Origin: Alphaproteobacteria bacterium
GTDB lineage: Bacteria > Pseudomonadota > Alphaproteobacteria > Bin95
Reading direction: 5' to 3'
DNA: 64,000 bases
NCBI GenBank assembly: GCA_964291285.2
Contig: OZ219786.1
Location: 288,001-352,000 of the forward strand
Under the pieces are notes generated by a model. The model saw nothing but the letters and a program-made list of their open reading frames with translations. It ran no database searches and was not told where the DNA came from. Position 1 is the stretch's first letter, and each line of letters begins with the position of its first letter. A program made the position numbers and the translations under genes. Shown piece after piece: positions 41,503 to 49,501 of the stretch.

Positions 41503-41706
41503 GTGCATGTTACCGTTCGCGACAACAATGTCGATCAGGCGCTGAGGGCGCTGAAGAAGAAAATGCAGCGCGAAGGCATTTTTCGGGAAATGAAATTGCG
41601 CCGCTCTTATGAAAAGCCTTCTGAAAAGCGCGCAAGGGAACAGGCGGAGGCCGTGCGCCGCCATCGCAAGCTGATGCGCAAGCGTCTGGAGCGCGAGGGA
41701 TACTAA
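41503..41706 (+). CDS. rpsU: 30S ribosomal protein S21
   Basis: [27 protein letters not shown]...YEKPSEKR. Confidence 0.95.
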   Translation: MHVTVRDNNVDQALRALKKKMQREGIFREMKLRRSYEKPSEKRAREQAEAVRRHRKLMRKRLEREGY

Positions 41707-41713
41707 TCCGGTC

Positions 41714-43339
41714 ATGGGCGCCTACGACCGGGGCCTGGACCGGCAGGCGGCGAATTACGAGCCGCTGACGCCGCTTTCCTTCCTGCAACGAACAGCCTGG
41801 ATTTTCCCGGACCATCCGTCCGTCGTGCATGGCGCGCGCCGGTTTACCTGGAGCGAAACCCGCCGGCGCTGCCACAGGCTGGCGGACGCGCTCGCCCGGC
41901 GCGGCATCGGCAAGGGCGACACCGTGGCCGTCATGGCCGCGAACACGCCGGAAATGCTGGAGTGCCATTTCGGCGTGCCGATGACGGGCGCCGTGCTGAA
42001 CACGCTGAACATCCGGCTGGATGCCGCGACGATCGCCTTCATGCTTGAGCATGGCGAGGCGAAGGCGGTATTCGTCGACCGCGAATTCTCCGATACCGTC
42101 CGCCAGGCGCTGGCCGGGCTCGGGCGGGATATCCTGACGGTCGATATCGACGATCCGGAATATGACGGGCCGGGAGACCGGATCGGCAGCCTCGACTACG
42201 AAGCGCTGCTGGCGGAGGGCGACCCGGACTGCGCCTATGCGCCGCCGGCGGACGAGTGGGACGCGATCTCGCTGAACTACACCTCGGGCACGACCGGCAA
42301 CCCCAAGGGCGTGGTCTACCACCATCGCGGCGCCTGGCTGAACGCGACCGGGAACACGATGGCGTGGCAGATGCAGCTCCATCCGGTCTATCTCTGGACG
42401 CTGCCGATGTTCCACTGCAACGGCTGGTGCTTCCCCTGGACGATCACCGCCCAGGCCGGCACGCATGTCTGCCTCCGGCGCGTGGAGGCAAAAGGAATTT
42501 TCGACGCGATTGCGACCGAGGGCGTGTCGCATTTCTGCGGCGCGCCGATCGTGCTCAACATGCTGCTGCACGCGCCGGAGGAGGAGCGCCGGAGCTTCGC
42601 CCGCCGCGTCCAGGTGATGACCGCGGCCGCCCCGCCGCCGCCCTCGACGCTGGAGGGCATGGAGGCGATGGGCTTCGACATCACCCACACCTACGGCCTG
42701 ACGGAATGCTACGGCCCGGCCGTGGTGTCGGCCTGGAACGGGGACTGGGACGCGCTGCCCGGCGCCGAACGCGCGGCGATGAAGGCGCGGCAGGGCGTCC
42801 GCTACCCGGTGCTCGAAGGCCTCACCGTCATGGACCCCGAAACGATGGCCGAGACGCCCCGCGACGGGGAGACCATCGGCGAGGTGATGATGCGCGGCAA
42901 TGTCGTGATGAAGGGCTATCTCAAGAACGGGGACGCCAGCGCGGAAGCGTTCGCCGGCGGCTGGTTCCACACCGGCGACCTCGGCGTCATGCACGAGGAC
43001 GGCTATATCGCGCTCAAGGACCGCTCCAAGGACATCATTATCTCGGGCGGGGAGAACATCTCGTCCGTCGAGGTGGAACAGGTCCTCTACCGGCACCCGG
43101 CGGTGCTCGAAGCCGCGGTCGTGGCGAAGCCGGACGAGAAATGGGGCGAGACCCCCTGCGCCTTCGTCGAGACGCTTTCCGGCGCAGAGCCGACGGAAGC
43201 GGAGGTCATCGCCTTCTGCCGGGACAATATGGCCCGTTTCAAGGCTCCGCGCCGCGTCGTCTTCGGCCCCCTGCCCAAGACCTCCACCGGCAAGGTGCAG
43301 AAATTCGTGCTCCGCGAGCGGGCCCGCGACCTGGAGTGA
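41714..43339 (+). CDS. Acyl-CoA synthetase (AMP-forming)
   Basis: YTSGTTGNPKG, YGLTE, FHTGD, DRSKDIIISGGEN, PKTSTGK. Confidence 0.93.
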   Translation: MGAYDRGLDRQAANYEPLTPLSFLQRTAWIFPDHPSVVHGARRFTWSETRRRCHRLADALARRGIGKGDTVAVMAANTPEMLECHFGVPMTGAVLNTLNIRLDAATIAFMLEHGEAKAVFVDREFSDTVRQALAGLGRDILTVDIDDPEYDGPGDRIGSLDYEALLAEGDPDCAYAPPADEWDAISLNYTSGTTGNPKGVVYHHRGAWLNATGNTMAWQMQLHPVYLWTLPMFHCNGWCFPWTITAQAGTHVCLRRVEAKGIFDAIATEGVSHFCGAPIVLNMLLHAPEEERRSFARRVQVMTAAAPPPPSTLEGMEAMGFDITHTYGLTECYGPAVVSAWNGDWDALPGAERAAMKARQGVRYPVLEGLTVMDPETMAETPRDGETIGEVMMRGNVVMKGYLKNGDASAEAFAGGWFHTGDLGVMHEDGYIALKDRSKDIIISGGENISSVEVEQVLYRHPAVLEAAVVAKPDEKWGETPCAFVETLSGAEPTEAEVIAFCRDNMARFKAPRRVVFGPLPKTSTGKVQKFVLRERARDLE

Positions 43340-43516
43340 GGGCCGGCGGGCCCCGAATGACACATCTGCGAGTTCGCCCGCGAACATTCTGGCGGCTGCC
43401 TGTTTCCTGCGCCGGCGCACCGGAGCAGTGTCCTTCCAGGCCGGGCCGATTCCGTCACCACCGCCCCGGCTTGCACGGCCGGGATTCATGAAATCCAAGA
43501 ATTTTCATTTTTTGTT

Positions 43517-43557
43517 CCTGATATCGCTTGACATCAGGGAAAATATGCTGATATAAG
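43517..43557 (+). promoter_or_regulatory. Sigma70-like promoter with overlapping palindrome
   Basis: TTGACA (43528-43533), 18 nt, TATAAG (43552-43557), preceded by an AT-rich tract. CCTGAT-N10-ATCAGG (43517-43538) spans the -35. Confidence 0.6.
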
Positions 43558-43625
43558 GCCCGCAGAAGCGGTGTCCGAAGCCGTTTCTCCGGCGCCGCCA
43601 TGGCCGGGCGGCGCCATGTTCGAAA

Positions 43626-43748
43626 ACCCCCTGAGAAACCGACGGGAGACGTGCGCCCGCCGCCTCGCGCGCGCAATCAGGCGTGCGAACCGCGCCGGCG
43701 CCGACGCGCGGGCCCGCCCGCCCGCGAAACGCGCGCGGCAAAGGGTCC
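43626..43748 (+). repeat. Conserved GC-rich leader, copy A (candidate structured RNA)
   Basis: Blocks cccctgagaaac, gacgggagacgtgcgccc, gcgcaatcaggcg.gcgaaccgcgccggcgccgacgc and aagggtcc recur reverse-complemented at 56242-56378. Confidence 0.85.
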
Positions 43749-43776
43749 GCCGCTCCCGGACCGGAAGGAGACATGG

Positions 43777-44379
43777 ATGACCGCAACCGACCCCCGTCCC
43801 GCACTGGCGGCGGCGCTCGCCGCAAAGCTCGCGCCCGCCGCCGAAGCCCTCGCCGCTGCCTATGCCGAAGACCTGAACCCGGAGCCCCCGCCCCCCGACG
43901 ACCGCGCCCGCGCCGAATGCCACCGCGCCGCACGCGCCCAGCTCGACCACCTGCACAAGCTCCTCGCCCTGCTCGACTGGGCCGGCGCCCACCTGCCCGA
44001 ACCGCCCGCCCCGGAACCCGAAGAAGAGCCGTGGGAGCCGCCGCCCCCGGAAGAGGACGATTACGACGGCAGCGAGGACGAGTTCCACTTCCACAGCGAG
44101 GTCTATGTCGGCAGCCAGGAGACCCCTGAGTTCCGCGCCTGGTATGCCGAGCAGGAGCGCCGCTTCGGACCGCTCGTCCCCGACGAGGCCGACTATGACG
44201 GCAGCGAGGACGAATACCACCACGGGCGGCGCAAATATGTCGGCAAGCTCAGGACGCCCGAGTTCTACGCATGGCTCGAACGGCTGGACCGCCGCGAAGC
44301 CGAAGAGGAACGCCAGGAGGAGGAAGCCGAAGCCCGCGCCGCACTGGCACGCACAGGCGGACACGGCGGCGGACCATGA
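43777..44379 (+). CDS. Acidic hypothetical protein with two ~44-aa internal repeats (200 aa)
   Basis: AAGGAG RBS at 43765-43770. Repeats DYDGSEDEF...YVG...TPEFRAW and DYDGSEDEY...YVG...TPEFYAW. The stop lies in the first CATGACA. Confidence 0.7.
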   Translation: MTATDPRPALAAALAAKLAPAAEALAAAYAEDLNPEPPPPDDRARAECHRAARAQLDHLHKLLALLDWAGAHLPEPPAPEPEEEPWEPPPPEEDDYDGSEDEFHFHSEVYVGSQETPEFRAWYAEQERRFGPLVPDEADYDGSEDEYHHGRRKYVGKLRTPEFYAWLERLDRREAEEERQEEEAEARAALARTGGHGGGP

Positions 44380-44432
44380 CAAAACATGACATTTCCCCAG
44401 CGCCGCATGACAAAACATGACACTTCATGACA
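44375..44432 (+). repeat. Five phased CATGACA heptamers, copy A
   Basis: Starts at 44375, 44385, 44406, 44416 and 44426 (spacing 10/21/10/10). Confidence 0.92.
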
Positions 44433-44464
44433 CTCCGCTGGAGCGGGCCGCACACCCGGCGGCG

Positions 44465-45280
44465 TCATTCCCGGCGTTCGCCCCGCAACGCCCGGGCGAG
44501 AGCGCAAAAATCCTCGACCGTCAGTTCCTCGGGGCGGAGCGTGTCGTCCAGGCCCGCGCGGGCGGGGAGACCGCCGAGCGTGCGGCGGAGCATCTTTCGC
44601 CGGCCGCCGAAAGCGCGCGCCGTAACCTCCTCCAGGTCGGACACCACGGCCGGCGCCGGCGACGGACGCGGCATCAGCGAGACCACGCTGGAGGCCACCT
44701 TCGGCGGCGGCGCGAAGGCGCCGGGCGGCAGGTCGAAACAGCGGCGGACCTCGGCGCGCCACTGGGCAAGGACGGACAGCCGTCCCCGGGCCTTGCCGCC
44801 CGGCGGCGCCAGCAGGCGGTTCGCGACCTCCTTCTGGAACATGAGGGTCATGGACTCGATCCCGGCCGGCCGGCGCAGCCAGCCGACCAGCAGCGGTGTC
44901 GCAATGTTGTATGGCAGATTGGCTACGATCTTGATCGGCGCGGGGCCGAGCGCGGTCACGTCCACCTCAAGCGCGTCGGCTGCCAGCACCCGGAGCCGTC
45001 CCTCGCCGGCCGCCGCCAGTTCCGCCAGCGCCTCCACGCAGCGGGCGTCGCGCTCGACCGCAACGATCCGCTCGGCGCCGGCCTCCAGCAGCGCGCGCGT
45101 CAGACCGCCGGGCCCGGGTCCGATCTCGACCGCCGTCCGGCCCGCCAACGGACCCGCCGCGCGGGCGATCCGGTCAGCGATGCCGGGATCGAGCAGGAAA
45201 TGCTGGCCGAGCGCGCGGCGGGCGCCCAGTCTGTACCGGCGGATCAGGTCCTGCGGGCGCGGCAGCTTGCCGTCAGACAC
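44465..45280 (-). CDS. rsmA: 16S rRNA m6,2A dimethyltransferase
   Basis: LGQHFL, EIGPGPGGLT, ANLPYNI, MFQKEVA, PPPKVAS. Confidence 0.95.
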   Translation of the reverse strand: MSDGKLPRPQDLIRRYRLGARRALGQHFLLDPGIADRIARAAGPLAGRTAVEIGPGPGGLTRALLEAGAERIVAVERDARCVEALAELAAAGEGRLRVLAADALEVDVTALGPAPIKIVANLPYNIATPLLVGWLRRPAGIESMTLMFQKEVANRLLAPPGGKARGRLSVLAQWRAEVRRCFDLPPGAFAPPPKVASSVVSLMPRPSPAPAVVSDLEEVTARAFGGRRKMLRRTLGGLPARAGLDDTLRPEELTVEDFCALARALRGERRE

Positions 45281-46247
45281 CTTGCCGGCGCTCTGCCATC
45301 TCGTGGGCCAGTTTCAGGGCCGCAATCAGGCTGTCGGGCCGCGCGCGGCCGGTGCCGGCGATGTCGAGCGCGGTTCCGTGGTCGGGCGAGGTCCGCACGA
45401 TCGGCAGACCGAGCGTGACGTTCACCGCGTTATGGAAATCCAGCATCTTCACCGGAATCAGCGCCTGGTCGTGATAGGGGCAAAGCGCGGCGTCGTAGCG
45501 GGCCCGCGCTTCGGCATGGAAGAGCGTGTCTGCCGAGAGCGGCCCCCGAATGTCGATTCCTTCCCGGCGGAGCCTGGCAGCCGCCGGAGCCATGATTGCG
45601 TCCTCTTCCGGCCCCAGCGCCCCGCCCTCCCCGGCATGGGGGTTCAACCCCGCCAGCGCAAGGCGCGGCGCAGCGATGCCGAAATCGGCCCGCAGGCCAT
45701 GCGCGACGATGCGCGCGGTATCTTCGACAAGGACTGCGGTCAGCCGGCCCGCAACCTCCGAAAGCGGAATATGCACGGTCATCGGAACCGTTCGGAGGTC
45801 CTTGCCGACCAGCATCATGACCGGACGCCGGGCGCCGGTAAGCTCGGCCAGGAACTCGGTGTGGCCCGGATGGGCGAAGCCGGCGCTTATCAGGCTTTCC
45901 TTCTGGATCGGAAGCGTGACAACAGCTGAAGCCTCGCCTGCGCGAACCGCCGCCACCGCCCGCTCGATGGAAGCGACAACCGCGGGCGCATGCGCGGGAT
46001 CGGCCGTTCCCGGCTTGACCGGCGCCGTCAGCGGCAGGGGCAGCACCGGCAATGCATCGGGAAATATCCGCGCGGCCTCGCAGGGGCGCCTTATCTCGCG
46101 GACGGGAGCGGCGGGATCTATCCGGGCCAGCCAGCCGGCGTCGCCTGCAAGAAAGAAGGCCGGAACACCGGGTGCAGTCCAGGCCTTGAGCGCAAGCTCT
46201 CCGCCGACGCCGCCCGGTTCGCCCATGGTCAGCGCGAGCGGCTGCAA
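45273..46247 (-). CDS. pdxA: 4-hydroxythreonine-4-phosphate dehydrogenase
   Basis: GHTEFL, LNPHAGE, YHDQ, RTSPDHGTA. Confidence 0.95.
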   Translation of the reverse strand: MQPLALTMGEPGGVGGELALKAWTAPGVPAFFLAGDAGWLARIDPAAPVREIRRPCEAARIFPDALPVLPLPLTAPVKPGTADPAHAPAVVASIERAVAAVRAGEASAVVTLPIQKESLISAGFAHPGHTEFLAELTGARRPVMMLVGKDLRTVPMTVHIPLSEVAGRLTAVLVEDTARIVAHGLRADFGIAAPRLALAGLNPHAGEGGALGPEEDAIMAPAAARLRREGIDIRGPLSADTLFHAEARARYDAALCPYHDQALIPVKMLDFHNAVNVTLGLPIVRTSPDHGTALDIAGTGRARPDSLIAALKLAHEMAERRQGV

Positions 46248-46251
46248 GGGG

Positions 46252-47202
46252 TCATCTCCGGCGGAATATCAATGCGGACCGGCGCAGGTCCTGCAAATAG
46301 CGGTCAGCCCGCCGGCTGATGCGCTCCACGCGCAATCGCCGCTCAATGCCGGTCCGTTCCTCGGCGTCTTCCGCCGCCGTGCTCTCGACGACGCTCCGCT
46401 CGCGAAGCAGGAGGATGTAGAACCCGTCTTCAAGGCGAACCGGAGCAGAAACGCCGTTGGGAGTCAGGGCGTCGAGCGCGGCTTCCAGACGGGCGTCGAG
46501 CTGCCCGGCCCGAACACGCCCGAGGTCGCCGCCGATAGCCGCGGAAGAGGATTGCGAGAACTGTCTGGCCAGCCCGTCAAAGGAGGCGCCGGCGCGCAAT
46601 TGCGCCACGATCCCCTCCGCGGCGGCGCGGACCTCGCTTTCCCTTGCCGGGTCGTCCAGTTCGAGGAAGATTTCCGAAGCGACATACTCCGTGGATCCGG
46701 CGGCGGCGCGCCGTTCCGCAAGGCGCGCGTCAATCTCGCCCGCTCCGACCTCGATGCGCGGCGCGATCCGCCGGGCCACCACCGTGTTCCAGGCGGCCTC
46801 GACCCGCAGATGCTCCTTCAGCGCCTCGATATCGAGTCTGTTGTTGCGGAAATACTGGACCAGCCCTCCGGGCGGAAGATTGTTACGCTTCTCGATGTTC
46901 TCAATTTGCCGTTCGATCTCGCGTTCGCTCACGCGGACTCCGAGCCTCCCTGCTTCCTGGCTTTGCAGGCGTTCATCCATAAGGGTCCGCAGAATCTGGG
47001 ATCCGAGCCGGCGGCGGATCTCCGGAGTGTCCTGGACATTGGAGGAGGACAACGCGATGCCCAGCCGGGCAATCACGTCGTATCGGGTGATGATATCGTC
47101 GTTGACGACCGCCACAATCCGGCCCGCCTGCTGGGCCTGGGCAACACTGCAGGCAGCCAGACCGCAGAACAAGAAAACAAACCGCAGGCACACGCTACGC
47201 AT
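46252..47202 (-). CDS. surA: SurA-like periplasmic chaperone/PPIase (single parvulin domain)
   Basis: Signal peptide, IVAVVNDDII, ARQFS...GGDLG; position upstream of pdxA. Confidence 0.8.
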   Translation of the reverse strand: MRSVCLRFVFLFCGLAACSVAQAQQAGRIVAVVNDDIITRYDVIARLGIALSSSNVQDTPEIRRRLGSQILRTLMDERLQSQEAGRLGVRVSEREIERQIENIEKRNNLPPGGLVQYFRNNRLDIEALKEHLRVEAAWNTVVARRIAPRIEVGAGEIDARLAERRAAAGSTEYVASEIFLELDDPARESEVRAAAEGIVAQLRAGASFDGLARQFSQSSSAAIGGDLGRVRAGQLDARLEAALDALTPNGVSAPVRLEDGFYILLLRERSVVESTAAEDAEERTGIERRLRVERISRRADRYLQDLRRSALIFRRR

Positions 47203-47243
47203 CTTCGCCGTTTCCGTCTGTCTCGGCAGCCGCAGTTATGCCG

Positions 47244-48335
47244 TTAGCCGTCCTCCAGATGCAAGAGCGCAGCGCAGCCCAGCATCACCGCCGCCGCCGC
47301 CGGCGTCCAGGCCGCCAGCACGACCGGCGCCCGCCCCGACAGGCCAAGCGCGAAAACGACATCCGACAGGATAAAAAGCAGGAAACCGGCCCCGACGCCG
47401 GCGGAAAGCATTACTGCCGTCCCGCCGCGCCGCCGCGACCGGATCGAGACTGCCGCCCCGATCAGGAGCATCGCAGCAGTCAGGACGACGGACGCAAGCA
47501 GGGCATGAAATCGAAGCCGATGCTTTCGCGCCTGAAAACCCGCCTCCTCCAGTGCCTCGATATATGCCGGCAATCTCCAGACCGACATGGTCGCCGGGCC
47601 CGTCAGGCCGTCTTCAATATGCTCCCAGCTAAGCGTTGTGGGAATCCGCTCTGCAACCCGGCGGACAGGCGCACCGCGGGAGCCGGCATCCCAGACGCCT
47701 TCCAGGAGCCAGTATCCATCGCCCAATTCCGCCGAACTGGCATCCAGGCGGTTCCGAAAGTGGCGCAGTCCCTCGAAACGATAGAGCACGACATCATGCA
47801 GAATGCGTTCCTTGTCGACCCGGTCTGCAAACAGAACAGTCAGGTTCCCGTCGTCGACTTCCCGCAGCCACAGTCCGGATTGGGAAATCGACGACACGGG
47901 AGCGGCGCTGCCGAAATACCGCGCCTCCAACCGTTCGAAGCGCCCCTGGGCGGCCGCTGCAAGCGGGCCATAGAACACCACCTTTCCCGCGCCCAGCACG
48001 AATGCAACCGCCAGTGCCGGCAACAACACCTTCCAGACCGAAACGCCGGCCCCGTGTGCAGCCGTCAATTCGTTGTGCCGTCCAAGACGGTCGAAAGCGA
48101 ACAGGCTGCCGAAGAGCACTGCGAACGGCAGCAGGAGTTCCAGCATTGCCGGTAGTTCCAGCGCCGCCATCTCCAGCACGATTGCAAACGTCGCTTCGTC
48201 TCTGGACCCGGACCGGCGCAGCAGCTCGATCATGCCGACCAACCAGACGAGAGCAGCCAATACGACGAGCACGATGCAGACCCATACGAAAAACCGTCGG
48301 GCCAGATAACGGGAGAGCACTCCGAATTGCTCCAT
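47244..48335 (-). CDS. lptG: LPS export permease LptG
   Basis: LSRYL, ELTAAHGAGVSVW, GLWLRE, LAAWTP...LLHLEDG. Confidence 0.88.
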   Translation of the reverse strand: MEQFGVLSRYLARRFFVWVCIVLVVLAALVWLVGMIELLRRSGSRDEATFAIVLEMAALELPAMLELLLPFAVLFGSLFAFDRLGRHNELTAAHGAGVSVWKVLLPALAVAFVLGAGKVVFYGPLAAAAQGRFERLEARYFGSAAPVSSISQSGLWLREVDDGNLTVLFADRVDKERILHDVVLYRFEGLRHFRNRLDASSAELGDGYWLLEGVWDAGSRGAPVRRVAERIPTTLSWEHIEDGLTGPATMSVWRLPAYIEALEEAGFQARKHRLRFHALLASVVLTAAMLLIGAAVSIRSRRRGGTAVMLSAGVGAGFLLFILSDVVFALGLSGRAPVVLAAWTPAAAAVMLGCAALLHLEDG

Positions 48336-48352
48336 CCTCGCCACGCCTCTTT

Positions 48353-49447
48353 TCAGACGGCCAGCGGACGGCGGCGGCCGCCCATTGCCAGGAGCGCGAA
48401 CCCGATCAGGATAGGCGCCGCCCCGACAGCATATTGAAGGCCCGCAAGCGCCGGCAGCTTCGCCACTGCTGCCTTCACCGCGAAAGCTCCTACCAGAAGG
48501 CCGAACGCAAGCGCTCCCGCCAGGGCCGGCCTGAAGGACTGGCCGCGGCGATTTACGCCCCCCAGAAGCAGGCATGCAAGTGCCACGGCAGTCACGGCAC
48601 CGGGCATAAGGCCGCTGGCGAGCCGAAAATGCGCCTCTGCCTTGTGCTTCGCGACATTTGCTTGTCCGACCTCTTCGACGGAAGGATTCAGAAGTTCGCC
48701 CAACGTCCGCTCTCGCCGGCTGCGCGACCTCTTCGGAATGGCCGGCAAATTCAGTTCAATCGTGTTGCGATCGAAATATACGAGGGTCAAGCGGCCGGAT
48801 TTCCGGTCAATTTCCTGCCGGCTTCCATTGAATGCGACCAGCGTTGGCACGCCGTCGGCTATTGTCGCGGTCCCCTTCTCGGCCATGTAGGTTATGCGCC
48901 GGTCGGGATTCCTGTCATCCTGCAGCAGGATTCCGGAATACTCGCTCGCGCCGACACCGTCCTGGACAAACAACGTCATGTCCCGGCCGATCTGTCGGAA
49001 GACGCCCGGCCGGACGAACAGCACGGAAAAACGGTCTTTCAGGATCGACTGGAGGTCTCGAAGCTCCCTCTCCGAGGCAGGCGCCAATACGAGCGCATTC
49101 CAGGCGACGGCTCCCATGACCACCAGTCCCAGCAGCAACGCCGGCGCCGCCAGGCGCAGGTCGCTGACGCCGGCCGCACGCATCACGATCACCTCGCTGT
49201 CGGAAGCCATCCGCACATAAACCAGCAGGACGGAAATCAGCAGCGCCAAAGGCAGACCCACACTCGCAAGATACGGCAGCGCCAACATTACGAGCGCCGC
49301 GAACATTTCGATGGCAATGCCGCGCTCCACGATGTCATCGACGAAACGCAGCGCTGTCGCCAGCAGCAGCAGAGGGGCCAGAACGCCGGCCGCGGCGCCG
49401 AGCGCGACAAGCAAACGCCGCAGGACATAAAGATCGGTCTGGCGCAT
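48353..49447 (-). CDS. lptF: LPS export permease LptF
   Basis: DLYVLR, DSEVIVMRAAGVS, PGVF, EAHFR. Confidence 0.88.
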   Translation of the reverse strand: MRQTDLYVLRRLLVALGAAAGVLAPLLLLATALRFVDDIVERGIAIEMFAALVMLALPYLASVGLPLALLISVLLVYVRMASDSEVIVMRAAGVSDLRLAAPALLLGLVVMGAVAWNALVLAPASERELRDLQSILKDRFSVLFVRPGVFRQIGRDMTLFVQDGVGASEYSGILLQDDRNPDRRITYMAEKGTATIADGVPTLVAFNGSRQEIDRKSGRLTLVYFDRNTIELNLPAIPKRSRSRRERTLGELLNPSVEEVGQANVAKHKAEAHFRLASGLMPGAVTAVALACLLLGGVNRRGQSFRPALAGALAFGLLVGAFAVKAAVAKLPALAGLQYAVGAAPILIGFALLAMGGRRRPLAV

Positions 49448-49501
49448 CGCGTGCCTGTATGCTGCTTTACCGAAAATCAGACAAGCCGCATGAGGGTTAC
49501 G

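Noticed and set aside
44375-44432. CATGACA arrays as mini-CRISPR
   Set aside because: Repeats are 7-17 nt with 3-14 nt spacers, far below CRISPR dimensions, and there are no cas genes in the window
43331-44450. Target-site duplication around cassette copy A (ctggag...ggcc on both sides)
   Set aside because: The match is short and gapped in GC-rich sequence and cannot be distinguished from chance; the element boundaries remain undefined
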